DNA of 62,000 nt from Chiloscyllium plagiosum (taxonomy: Eukaryota), in contig NC_057759.1 in NCBI RefSeq assembly GCF_004010195.1, forward strand, positions 7,653,910-7,715,909, written 5' to 3'. The notes beneath the pieces are model-generated. The model saw nothing but the letters and a program-made list of their open reading frames with translations. It was not told the origin of the DNA and made no database searches. Below are positions 49,270 to 60,940 of the stretch, in pieces. The translations under genes were made by a program, and so were the position numbers. Every line of letters begins with the position of its first letter. The first letter of the stretch is position 1.

Positions 49270-51480
49270 ATGTAACGATGGAAAGGGGTAGCTATATACC
49301 GCAGGGCAAAAGTTGCAGCTGGAGAAAGAGCAATTATAATGAGATTAAACAAGATTGAGGATGCATAGCATGCTTAAACAATCTGCAGGGGTTGGGCACA
49401 AATGCAATGTGGAGCTTATTCAAGGAATAGCTACAGTCTGACCTTGATATGTATGTACCTATCAGGCAGAGAAGAAGGTGTCGAGTTGGAGAGTCATGGT
49501 TCACTAAGAAAGGTGAATCTCTTGAGAAGAGGAAGAACAAGGCTTATGTTAAGATGAGGTAAAAACAATGACTGTAGATGCTGGAAACCAGATTCTGGAT
49601 TAGTGGTACTGGAAGAGCACAGCAGTTAAGATGAGACATTGAGTCTCAATTAGGGCATTTGAGAGTTACAAACTCGCCAGAAAAGACCTAAAGAGAGAAC
49701 TAAGAAGAGCCAGGAGGTGACATGAGAAGTCGTTAGCAGATAGAATCAGGAAAATTCTAAAACCTTCTATTGGTATATCAGGAATAAAAGAATGACGAGA
49801 ATAAGATTAGGGTCGAACAATGAAAGTAGTGGAAAGTTGTGCGTGGAGTCCAAGGAGATCGTGGAAACGCTAAAATACTATTTTCATTCGTATTCACACT
49901 GGGAAAAAATGTTTTCGAGGACAATACTGAGATAAAGGCTACTACACTAGATTGGATTGAGGTTCACAAGGTGGCGTTGTTAGCAAATCTTGTAAGTGTG
50001 AAAATAGACAAGTCTCCTGGGCCAGGTGGGATTTATCCTACGATTGTCTGGAAAGCCAGGGAAGAGATTGAAGAGCTTTTGGTTTTGACCTTTACGTCGC
50101 CATTGACTGCAGGCATAGTTTCAGAAGACTGAAGGATAGTAAATGTTGTCCCCTTGTTCAAGAAGGGGAGTAGCGACAATCCTGGTAATTACACACCAAT
50201 GAGCCTTTCTTTAGTTGCGGGTAAAGTGTTGGAAAACGTTATAAGAGATATGAATTACAACCATCTAGAAAAGAAGAAGTTGATTAGGGATAGTCATCAT
50301 GGTTTTTTGACCGGCAAGTCGTTCCTCACAAACCTTATTGGGTTATTTGAGAAGGTGACAAAACAGGAGGATGAAAGTAAAGTGGTTGCGCTGGTGTAAA
50401 TGGATTTCAGTAAGGCGTTTGATAAGGTTCCCCATATTGCACAAAATAAGGAGGCAAGACATTGAGAGTGATTCATCAATTTGGATCAGACATTGGCTGT
50501 CCAAAAGAAGACAGAGGGAGTGGTTGATGGAAAGTCTGTATCCAGGAATTCTGTTACTAGTGGTGTACTGCATGGATCTGTTTTGGGTCCACTGTTCTTT
50601 GTCATTTTTATAAATTACCTAAATGGGAGCGCAGGTGGATGGGTTAGTAAATTTGCAAATTACACTAAGGCCGGTGGAATTGTAGGTGACAGAGGGACAT
50701 AGATAAGCTGCAGATCTAGGCTGAGAGGTGCCAAATGGAGTTTAATGTGGAAACGTGTAAAGTGATTAACTTTGGAAGAAGCAACTGGAATAAAGAGTAC
50801 TGAGATAATGGTATGATACTTGGCAGTGTAGATGAGCAGAGAGATCGCGATTTTCACCAAAGTTGATAGGGTTGTTAAGAATGCACACGGTGTGATAACT
50901 TTTACTGTTAGAGGGATTACGTTTGGGAGCCACGAAATAGTGTTGCAGCTGGAAAATAAAACATTGGTGCAGCTGCACATGGAGAAATGTGTTCTCTTCA
51001 GCACATTATAGAAAGGATGTTGATGCCTTTGAAAAAGGTTGAAAGGCGATTTATTGCGATGTTGCTGGCATGGAGGGAACGAATGATGATGAAAGGCTGA
51101 GGGACTTGAGGCTGTTTTCAGACTTAATTGAGACATATAAGATAATCAGAGCGTTCCATATGTTATACAGTAAGAGCCTTTTTTCCTTAGACGGTGATGA
51201 CTAGCAGGAGGGGGCATGGCTTTTAATTGAGGGTTCATAGATACACGACAGATGTCAGAAGTGTTTTTTTTACTCAGAAAGAAGTAGGTGCGTCGCACAC
51301 CATGCCTGCAAAAGTTGTAGGCTCCTCAACTTTAAGGGCGTTTAAATGGCTATTGGATAATCATACAGATGAAAATCGAATAGTGTAGGATAGATAAGCT
51401 TCAGATTGGTTCCACAGATTGGCGCAATATCAAGAGCCAAAGGGCTTGCAATGCTCTGTAACGTTCAGTGATCTATGTTC
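49270..51480 (+). mobile_element. Decayed 5'-truncated CR1 LINE
   Basis: Translates KSPGPGGIYP, FKKGSSDNPGNYTPMSL, HGFLTGKSFLTNLI and GVLHGSVLGPLFFVIFINYL...SKFANYTK, followed by a CR1-type 3' end. Confidence 0.85.
49559..49624 (-). mobile_element. 66-bp extreme 3' fragment of the second Penelope-like subfamily, inserted in a CR1
   Basis: Same terminus as the 19187 copy. TSD GTTAAGATGAG at 49548-49558 and 49625-49635. Confidence 0.8.
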
Positions 51481-51610
51481 CAAACTGTATGCCGAAATAC
51501 CCCTTCACTCCAGTTTTCACTGTGTTCAATACAGTTACAAAATGGATTGCGGATTTATGGATGTATTTTTTCTTTCACACTTGCAGCACGTCAGATTCGA
51601 TTCATTTTTG

Positions 51611-51925
51611 ATGGCACAGTGGCTCACTGGATCGCCCTGCTGCTTCACAGCGCCAAGACCTGGGTTTAACTCAAGCTGCTGGTGACTGTCAATGCAGAGT
51701 TTGCACATACTCGCCGTGTTTCCTCTGTGCGCTTCGAATTCCTCCCCACAGTCTAAACAGATGCAGGTCCGGTAGATTCGCCCAAATTACCCAGGGGCGC
51801 CTAGAAATTAGCCTTGAGAACTGCAAATTTAAAGGGTGTGTCTGGCTGCGTTTCTCTTTGCATGGGCAGTGCGGACTCGTTGGGCCGAATGGCTTGCTTC
51901 ACACTGTCACGATTCTATGATCCTA
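51611..51925 (+). mobile_element. Degenerate HE1-like SINE
   Basis: ATGGCACAGTGGCTCACTGG...GAGTTTGCACATACTC...(TCTATGA) tail. Confidence 0.7.
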
Positions 51926-54830
51926 TGTCACAAGAATGGAACCGGCCTGTACATAAGGTGACACAGTAGGGCTAGTAGTGCTCACTAATTGATGCACTGG
52001 CAGTGGCGACAGAACGATTATGTAAAGGCAAGAAAATCAACGGTGATTATTACGTAGTTTGGATTTCAGCATGTCTTTTACAATTTGCACGGATATATTT
52101 GTGCAGAATGCATTATATCTGCAAACATCAAAGCATGGTATGGTCACGGACCTGCAAGACCAAAATACACAGCCCAGCCTGCAGACCTCGAGCAGCAAAG
52201 GCCGGCGTGGAGCATAGAGCAAAGAATATTACGGCGCAGTGAAGGCCCTTGATATTGCTCCAACCTGTAAAACCAATCTGAAGCCCATCTACCCTACACT
52301 ATTCCATTCTCGCCTATACGCCTATCCAATGACCATTTAATTGTCCTTAAAGTTGGCTAGTGTACTATTGTTGCAGGTGGTGGGTTCCTACTACACTATG
52401 AGGAAAGCAAATACCTCTGACATCTGTCATGTATCTATCAGTATTTAAAAACAAATAGCAGACGGGAGTGGGCCCAGCGCAGACCTTGAATGAGCCCTTA
52501 ATTATTTTTCTGTGACGAGCTCATGATCTGGCATTGCAATCGATTGTCGCTTTCTGGGTAGAGGCGACGTCAGTGAGGCAGTTCCAGTAGCGAAAGATGG
52601 TGCCTGGGGGCCACCGACATCTTTGTTCCATGGTTCTGGCACAGGAGGTGGCGAAATATGGTGGAAGGGCATTGCAGTGATAACGAGGTGGGCCGAGAGA
52701 TGTATCTCCAGTAATAGTTAATATAACACTGATGAGGAGATGGCGATGGATGACTATCACAGTGAAAGATAGCATTTGAGGACTGATGAATTCCATGCTT
52801 ATTGTGTATAATATACACATGTAGTAAAGCATTGGAGAAGCGACAGAGACATAGCCATCATTAATGTAGATAAACTGGCTTAGGACTGATGGTATTTGAA
52901 TGGGAAATGAAAGTTTTGGATCAAGGGGATTGTCCACAAAATTAAGAAAAACGAAAACGGAAAGAGGCCGCTGGTACAATAAAAAGCACTTCCACCAGGA
53001 CATAGCGTCTGCACAATCATACTCAAGAAAAAATGAGATGCACTTTTTTCTTCTTGAAACACACATCCAATCATACAGTACCCTGAGATCAGCATCTTCA
53101 ACATTATCTTCGAATATAGCATGATAATTCAGTAAATTAAACTGTCAAAAGGGGAAGTATAGTGTTGTATGCTCAGCAAATGGTGGACTAGCCCAAATTA
53201 TATATAATTCTTGTCGAAATTACAGCTCCTTATATAAGTGGAAGAAATATTTCTCATGACACAAACCTTTTGGTTTTGCACAGATATTCTCTGAAGGATG
53301 AGCAAGTTTTTTTTTAATTGGTTATTTTCTTTTCAATTTTACTGTGTCAATGCAATGGCATAATGTCAGATCCTTGCACCACATGGAACAAAGTTCGAAA
53401 ACTTTAATGACCTTGTACCGATTTTATGAACCTTTTGCACACAACGGCATAACTACATCCATGAAATGCTTGCAAGAGGCATCCTTACATGTTTTTCTGC
53501 TCTTTTTCAGTGGCCGTCTCGACATGCACTTTCGTCTGTTGCCATTGAACTGAGATTCCGTATCATGCTGTTGGGAGAGATACAGCTAGCAACCACTTTT
53601 CATCAATTAATGATAGACCGTGTATTTATTGTGGTGGAATAGATAAGCACCACTTGTGATTCTGGCCAATAATGATAATGGATTATGCAAACACAATGTT
53701 TCAGTCTTTTGTCTATGAGAATCACATGGAATTTCCCAACGCTGTCAATGGATTTATAGTCTTTCATTTTTTAGCTTAGGATTCTATTAATCAGCTCATG
53801 AGAACTCTGTTCCCCTGAGAGCAGTTGTTTGTTGAGTCATTGAAGTTTAGCATGTGTCATTCACATACCGTGAGTATGATTAAACTAGCTAGACGGGAAC
53901 GGGTTGGTGGTATCTATTAATTAAATCAATCTGTCTCATTAGCAGTTTTTTTTGAGTGCATGTGGAGGGGGGGGGGGTAAATTTATTGTTACGGTGACAA
54001 AAAAATGGCACAAGGAAAGCAAGGAAAAAGAGGTCCCTGGAGTTTGACTCAATGAGAGAGAATGAGTGGTGAAATACTTCATAGTCAGAATGGCATAGAA
54101 TTGGAATGGAATTTGCAAGCTCGGTTTCTGTTCTCGTGTATCTTTGCTCTTGTCCATTGAGATGGAATTTCGGAGTTGCTGCAGAAGCATCTGCAACGAA
54201 TTTCTGCAGTGTGTTTTACATATGGATACTTTTTTTTACTCAATGTAAACAGAAGAGCGAGTCAATGTTTGTGGATGAGATTTTAATCAAGCTGGCTGAC
54301 TCGTCATTTGTGCATGAAGGTTATTGAGTGTTAAAAGATCTGCAACCAGTCTGGAAAATTCGGATATTCCAACAGACGCCTGCCTTATGCCTTGTCGATA
54401 TTATATGGACTTTCGGAAATTGGGAAGTGAATTACTCACTGCAGTATTCCTAGACTCTGAACTTCCCCAGTATCATTTGCATTCATAGTTCGGTTCAGTT
54501 CATGTTAAATTCCAGTTTGTGAACAGTGGCACTTTCAATGATGGCAATGCCATTGAATATCAAGGTGCTTTAATAGTTGTTTATTTGTGATCTCAATTGC
54601 CTGCCGTTTGTGCAGATTACGTGGTCCACTAATGAACAATGTTCATGTTGCGATTCGGTCTTTTGCAGCAGGAGAAAATAGAATCACTTTATTTACGTTT
54701 GATAAACGAGAGAATACAGTTCAATCACGCAAATATGTAAACTTTGCAACGGTTTCGTTATTAACATAATTTTGTCAAAAGATGGGCTCCTGAATACTTT
54801 CTGCCTTCATGGTGCATTGCTGGAATGGGT

Positions 54831-54922
54831 TTATTCTGTTAGCAGGATGATTAAACTCCCAAGAAGGACAAAGCCAAACAGATACAAAGGACTAAAATAC
54901 ACATGGGATGCTCCGTTCCGGT
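54831..54922 (-). CDS. Terminal exon of the Ig gene encoding a GPI-anchor-like hydrophobic C-terminus (DRNGASHVYFSPLYLFGFVLLGSLIILLTE*)
   Basis: Long pyrimidine tract and TTTTTATAG acceptor end at 54923. Phase-1 entry matches exon D. Small-residue triplet N-G-A, spacer, hydrophobic run, then TAA. AATAAA overlaps the stop codon. Confidence 0.75.
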
Positions 54923-55419
54923 CTATAAAAATGTGAAGACAGAAAAAAGAATATCAACAAGAGATTTCTTCTGTACACCGAAAATACCAGTTGATCTTTC
55001 TGTCTTTCCATCTCCTTCGCCCCTTTGGTTCCCAACTTGTTTCCAATTACGTTTATAACTCAGACAAATCTTATCCTCAGGTCCAGATATACCCATGGCC
55101 CCGTACCTCCTCCCTCTCTCTGAACCCAACGACACGATATAGGCAGGAATTTAGCGTCAAGGTGAGTCCATTCGATTAAGAGAATAATAAATGAAAGGAC
55201 TGGAGAAGTCTGAAGATAATAGTTAGGATCAAAGCATAATTGAACGTTTTGAACATGACACTGAGAACTGTAGAGGTTGGAGGATATTCAAGCGATAGAA
55301 TTATTGTACACAGTTCTAGTCTCCATAGAATCCCGACAGTGTCGAAGTAGGCCCTTCGGCCACACTACCTTTCAAAGAGTAACCCACAGACCTATCATTC
55401 ACAGGTACGGGCCACCCCC

Positions 55420-55467
55420 GGGGGTAGGGTGTGGGTGTGGGTGGGGGTGGGGGTGGGGGTGGGGTGG
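55420..55467 (+). repeat. G-rich (GGGGGT/GGGTGT)n tract
   Basis: At least seven G-runs of 3 or more. Confidence 0.85.
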
Positions 55468-55484
55468 TAATGATGATGAAGAAA

Positions 55485-55803
55485 GTGGGTGGCACGGTTG
55501 CACAGTGGTTAGTACTGCTGCCTCACAGCGCCAGAGACCCGGGTTCAATTCCCGCCTCAGGCAACTGTCTGTGTGGAGTTTGCACATTCTCCCCATGTCT
55601 GTGTGGGTTTCCTCCAGGTGCTCCGGTTTCCTCCCACAGTCCAAAAAATGTGCACGTTAGGTAAATTGGCCGTGCTAAATTGCCTGTAGTGTTATGTGAA
55701 GGGGTAAATGTAGGGGAATGGGTCTGGGGAGTTGCTCTTCGGAGGGTCGGTGTAGACATGTTGGGCCAAAGGGCCTGTTTCCACACTGTGAGTAATCTAA
55801 TCA
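55485..55803 (+). mobile_element. HE1-like SINE nested in an opposite-orientation SINE
   Basis: A and B boxes plus tail. The host SINE on minus spans ~56063-55810 and ~55400-55325. Confidence 0.85.
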
Positions 55804-55809
55804 TCAGCC

Positions 55810-56063
55810 CCTATTATCATTTGCTTAACCCTCAATAATGCATCGAACCTCCACATACCTGAACACTATGGGCAACTTAGCATGGCTAATTCACCTAATC
55901 TGTACATCTTTGGACTGTGGGAGGAAACCCAAGCACCCGGAGGAAAACCACGCCAGGGGGAGAATCTGCGAACTCCACGCAGACAGACTCCCAAGACTGG
56001 AATCGAATCAAGGTCTCCAGCACTGTGGGGCAGCAGTGCTAACCAATCAGCCACGCCGCCACC
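55810..56063 (-). mobile_element. HE1-like SINE (5' part; 3' part at ~55325-55400)
   Basis: Minus strand begins GGGTGGCGGCGTGGCTGATTGGTTAGCACTGCTGCC. Confidence 0.8.
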
Positions 56064-56600
56064 CTGTCTCCTTATCTGAGGAAGGATATACTGGCTTTGG
56101 AGGTGGTGCACAGGAAGTTCATCAGGTTGATTCCAGAGACGACGGGGTTACCCTATGAGGAGAGATTGAGCCGCCCAGGGCTGTACTCGCTAGAAATTAG
56201 ATGAACGAGAGAGGATCTTCTAAAAACATTAAAAGTTATTAAAGTTTAGAAAAGATAGATGCAGTCAAGGTGTTTCCGCTGATTGGTGAGATTAAGACGA
56301 GGAAACATGGCTTCAAGATAAGGAGGAGTGGATTTTGGACAAAGATGAGGAAGATCTTCGTTTACCAGAGAGTAGTGAATCTATGGAATTCTGTGCCTAA
56401 AGAAGCAGCTTCATTAAATATGTTCAAAACACAGTTTCTGCATGAAAGGGAAATAAGGGTTATGAGGATATTACAGTTTGGACGAATAGGGACGAGATTG
56501 TAGATGGATTAGCCATGACCTTTGTGAATGGTAGAGAACTCTCGATGAGCCAAATGGCCAACTGCTGCTTTTATTTCTATGAACATCTGAAACTATGATA
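56064..56600 (+). mobile_element. CR1 LINE 3' fragment
   Basis: Translates MFPLIGEIKTRKHGFKIR...QRVVNLWNSVP. Confidence 0.7.
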
Positions 56601-57319
56601 GCGGAGGTGCCGAGAAATTGAGAGACGTGAAATGGTAATGAAATGTTTAACGTCTGAGGGAGGCTATAGAGTTAGTGAGGCCATGGAAATATTTGAATAT
56701 ATGCTGAGCATGCAAGACATTGAGAAGGTTATAAAAACATTGAATAGCCTATACAATAACAGGAAGAAGAAGTTGAAAGATGCAGAAGATGTTTGTAAAG
56801 TTGCCAAGAGACATAAATGAGGTGTGTTGGATAGTAATTGAATGGAGAAGGAGAATTGTTGTGGATTAATGAAAAATAAATAAATTTATCGACATTTCTG
56901 TTCAAAGGAAGACTAGAATCTTATTATGGTGACCATGCTGGACACAGAGCTATTAAAGTCATTGAGTACAGCATATGGGGAAACTGAAGATTACAGAGCA
57001 TGGTCAATTTGGACCCGTGCAGGGAGTGACATAAAAGTCAAGGCAAGACTGAAAAGAAGTGTGTAGGTGGGTAACAGCAGCGTACGAGCCAAGGCAAGAA
57101 TAGAGCACGCCAAAGATTCTGAAGTGGAATCGTTGGCACAGATATCACGGGATCCATAATCACATGTTCATCTTGGGGAAGGACAATCGTGGCTTCAGAT
57201 ATGGCCCGAGATTAATGATATATTCAGGTAAAGTGAGGGCAGTTTTCAGTATTCCACAGCGTATATGTTGATCTGATGTGTACATTCCAGATCATGCTAT
57301 GAAGAACATTGTCACTTAC

Positions 57320-57613
57320 CTCTCACTGTTACCAGCACCGGTTCGCTGGTTGGTGAATAATGCTTCGTTTTATTTACTTTTCTCGCGTATTGGCACTTGT
57401 ATTTCCAAGTTCCAGCTCTTGTTAGGATGTTGAAAGCAGTGGATTGAACAAAGCCTGCTACCGATTTGGAAAGAGTCTGCTCGCCAACTTGATAGAGATA
57501 ATACCAACCACCAGAGCTCAGAATGGATCCTGAGCAGGTCAGACGAAATGTATTCCCTCTATTGACCACCCCGGACGGTGGGTGTACAGAGATCATGGCC
57601 GTCGGGAGAATAT
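57320..57613 (-). CDS. Multi-Ig cell-surface protein, Ig exon D (divergent, membrane-proximal)
   Basis: 294-nt phase-1 exon with TTTCAG acceptor and GTAAGT donor. Encodes ILPTAMISVHPPSGVVNRGNTFRLTC...WYYLYQ...GTWKYKCQY...SEPVLVTVR. Confidence 0.88.
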
Positions 57614-58246
57614 CTGAAATTGGAATGGCATAAAGCTGAATCGATACAAGTAGATTTGATGGCAATTAGAATCAATTAAGTTTCGGTTACATGACAAACG
57701 TGGAGCACACACGACACACTTTGGAACAATAGCATGACTCTATGAGAATTATATTATTCTGACATCGGCGTAGACATTTTCACAGACCTAACCTCCTGAA
57801 TCCACTTCATCATCCCCACCCCTCATTGTAAGCACTGGGCGAGATCTGTAATGTTGGAGAATCAGGCATATACTATCAAACTTCAACTCCATCAACGAGC
57901 CACCTTACACCTGTTGGCAACAGAAAGAATGCTCCACCATCAGAGGACGCTACATTCCGCATAAGACTTGAGTTCAGAAATGGTTTCCTCATTTACCAGC
58001 GAGAAACAATTTCCTGAAATAACCTAATCAACCCCTGGAGGGAGGCATCATTCACCGTGCTGCCCACCAAGCTTTTAAACACACTGTCAATTGTGGTGTC
58101 ATGATAAATAACTTCTCCATACGTCTACAGGCGCAAACTCTTGAGCCATAAAATCAGATAGTACATAGGAATAAAATGCCATTATGCCAAACGGACGTTT
58201 TAAAAATAATGACATTCAGAGACGTCTTAAATAACATCATCCTTAC

Positions 58247-58546
58247 CAGTTATATTGATCTCCATAAAGTCACTGAGGGGTGATTTATAAACTGCTCCTT
58301 TCACAATAGCTAAGCAATGGCAGGCGTACAACCCACTCTCCTTTGGCTCAAGGTCTCTCATTTTGTAGGTGACTGATACCTCAGAATCTGACACTTGCCG
58401 TGTAGCAACAGGTATCTTGCCATATTTCTTGTTCAATTGAGAGGTCTGACAGGGGTAGTTGCTGCTGCAATTAATCTGAACGCTGTCCCCGACTGTAACG
58501 ACACCAGAAGCTGGCAACACAGATATTGTTGGCTTTGGTAACTCAG
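58247..58546 (-). CDS. Multi-Ig cell-surface protein, Ig exon C
   Basis: 300-nt phase-1 exon with TTACAG acceptor and GTAAGG donor. Encodes ELPKPTISVLPASGVVTVGDSVQINC...ESGLYACHC...SDFMEINIT. Confidence 0.88.
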
Positions 58547-59256
58547 CTGTAATAAATAGAGATCACAGAAAATTAAAATGTCTATTAATACACAGAAAAT
58601 AAAAGGAAACAAAGATGAGCAAATTTGCATTGGAGTCTGAAGAATACTTGAAACATGGTACTAGAAAGGAAAAAATAAATGCAATGTATTTATGTTTTAA
58701 TGGTGATTTCATACATCGCCTTATCAATCAATTCTAAAATGTGCATTCAATGGTTGGGGAATGAGGTCGGGGATGTGGGTAGGGGTGGTGTTTGATGGGG
58801 GGTGGCAGTCTTTCAGCGATCATCATCTAAAACTTCCATAAACTCTAAAGGACGTAGGATAATTCTATTATACCTCGCAGCACAAAACAGTAACGCCCAA
58901 ACATGGTGACCAACGAAATTTGATTCCAGTTCCTATTAATCAAACATATCATTCCTTACATGAACAGTCTAACACTGTAAAAAGTACTCTTGATTCTTGC
59001 TCTGTTTATATTTAAAATTGTTCAATAGATGTTAAACTAGTAAAAGAAATTTGCATATGAATGACAAATTGTCTTAGATCCATCTTGTAATGGACCTTTT
59101 TGGCAGATGTTCTCGGAAGCCTGCAAATTATTGTGAGATTCCAGTCCTATATTGTCGACAATAAACAGTGCAGAAGCTAAAATCAGTAAATTCTGACGTT
59201 GCCAAAGGAGCAGCTTATACAAAGAGGTAAAACTACTTCCCAAGTGCGACATTACT

Positions 59257-59623
59257 TTTTTTTTCAACCCCCACACTACCACCTAAGTGCGGTAGTGCTT
59301 ATTTTATCCCCAGCACCCATGGTGTGTGTGTGCAGGTGGGAGACACAGTGAAAGACACAAAGTGCACCAATCTTTTATTCAATTTCCACCACCAGGAAGA
59401 TAGGAAAACACCCGGGTGGCCAGTGACAAGCACTGCCCTTCACATCAAGGGACAGTGCTGTGTGATCAAAACAGTGAAGGGGAGGGTAGGGACTAAATCA
59501 AAATAGAATTGGAGGGAGAAATGATGCACTCCACTCCCTGCGGTGCCCACCTCTCCTTGAACAACTCCAGGGTGTTGGTGGACACCGCGTGCTCCTTCTC
59601 CAAGGACACCCGGGCTCTAACGT
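59257..59623 (-). mobile_element. 5'-truncated L1/Tx1-like LINE 3' end with poly(A)
   Basis: Minus strand encodes ...VRARVSLEKEHAVSTNTLELFKERWAPQGVECIISPSNSILI*, followed by a 3' UTR with AATAAA and an A-tail. Perfect 15-bp TSD AAGTGCGACATTACT at 59242-59256 and 59624-59638. Confidence 0.8.
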
Positions 59624-59980
59624 AAGTGCGACATTACTAAAATGCAGTCGGATCAACACTATTGGGTACTGATCAAATGGGAAAATAATTAGCAGGTTGC
59701 AGCGTTAAATCATCATGCTGTTAACAAACATATTCCTGAACACCAAACAGAAAGATGGAGCTGAGATCACAGTTGCAGGTAATCCTCAGTGCTGCAAAAT
59801 TTTCATGGTGTATGCAAAGAAACAATCATTTTGCAGAATGAACAATTAATAGCTAAAATGAAAGAACAGATATGCTACCATGCAGAATATGGAATTCGAA
59901 TATTACGGTTCGAAAATACTGAAATTGGGATTTTTTGTGAGAATGTGAAATACAGATGCTTCAATGCATATATCACTCAC

Positions 59981-60280
59981 CAGTTACAACGATGTTCACA
60001 AAGTTACTACGTAACGTTTCATATACCTCTCCATTTGCCATTTTCATAAAACTGCAGCAGAACTTCCCACTTTCAGCTGGTACAAGATCTTGCATGATAA
60101 AGGTGACTGACCATTCGGATCCGGAGTTATTGTGAACATCAAAAGGTTTGTTGACATATTTCTTGTATAGATGGGAGGCGATGCTTGGCGAGCTGGAGTT
60201 ACAGGTAATTTGAACTCGCCCACCCACACTTATGGTACCAAAGGCTGGCTCCATATGTATCGTTGGCTTTGAAATATCAT
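59981..60280 (-). CDS. Multi-Ig cell-surface protein, Ig exon B
   Basis: 300-nt phase-1 exon with TTACAG acceptor and GTGAGT donor. Encodes DISKPTIHMEPAFGTISVGGRVQITC...LYK...ESGKFCC...SNFVNIVVT. Confidence 0.88.
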
Positions 60281-60864
60281 CTGTAACGAAGCACATTCAA
60301 GCAGAATTTGGCAATTTTGTCAAAGCAGTGGAACCATTGTTACATTGTGATGGGACAATTTTCGCGCTAACAGTGTGGAAGTGAGGTTAACCAGTCTGTT
60401 ATGAGCGTCGAATCCCAAACATTCACACGCACACAAACACACGCACACACACACATACTTCAGCGAAGGGAAATAATTTCTTACCATCGATTCTCGCAGC
60501 CACTTGGTACATGTTGTCAGTTTCAGTAAGGTTGTTAATTGTTTATCTTGACGAATAAGAAAGTTGACTAGTCGATCAACATTCTCCTCATACTCCATTT
60601 GCACACATCAAAACAACGTCAGAGACCCACCCATGATTGCTGCGAGGCAGTGAAGTATTCAGCTGCAAATCGTTGGGTAAATCCAACTTTTATACATTAC
60701 AAACAGTTTATTTATGCAAATTTATCACAATACCCATAGTATTTCCAGCTGTATTGGGGCTTGGTATACTCAATTTTCTGGACAGTTGGCTTGTAATTCA
60801 GTGTTGAAACTTTATTGCTGGAACAGCACAGCAGGTCAGGCAGCATCCAGGGAACAGGAGATTC

Positions 60865-60892
60865 GACGTTTCGGGCACAGGCCCTTCTTCAG
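60865..60892 (-). ncRNA. Minimal type I hammerhead ribozyme core, sense to the Ig gene pre-mRNA
   Basis: Minus strand reads ATTC-CTGAAGA-A-GGGC-CTGT-GCCC-GAAACGTC-GAAT, giving a 4-bp stem I (AUUC/GAAU). Confidence 0.72.
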
Positions 60893-60912
60893 GAATTGTT
60901 TAATTGCCCTTC

Positions 60913-60940
60913 CTGAAGAAGGGCCTGTGCCCGAAACGTC
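60913..60940 (+). ncRNA. Minimal type I hammerhead ribozyme core
   Basis: TTC-CTGAAGA-A-GGGC-CTGT-GCCC-GAAACGTC-GAA. Confidence 0.7.

Noticed and set aside
52521..53066. 181-aa ORF on minus
   Set aside because: No convincing domain. A faint RT-like YIND word is too weak to call, and no splice structure links it to the Ig gene.
55081..55161. 81-nt plus-strand exon-like segment (CCTCAG ... AAG|GTGAGT)
   Set aside because: The splice signals are good but there are no partner exons or homology. It could be chance or an antisense transcript, which cannot be supported from sequence alone.
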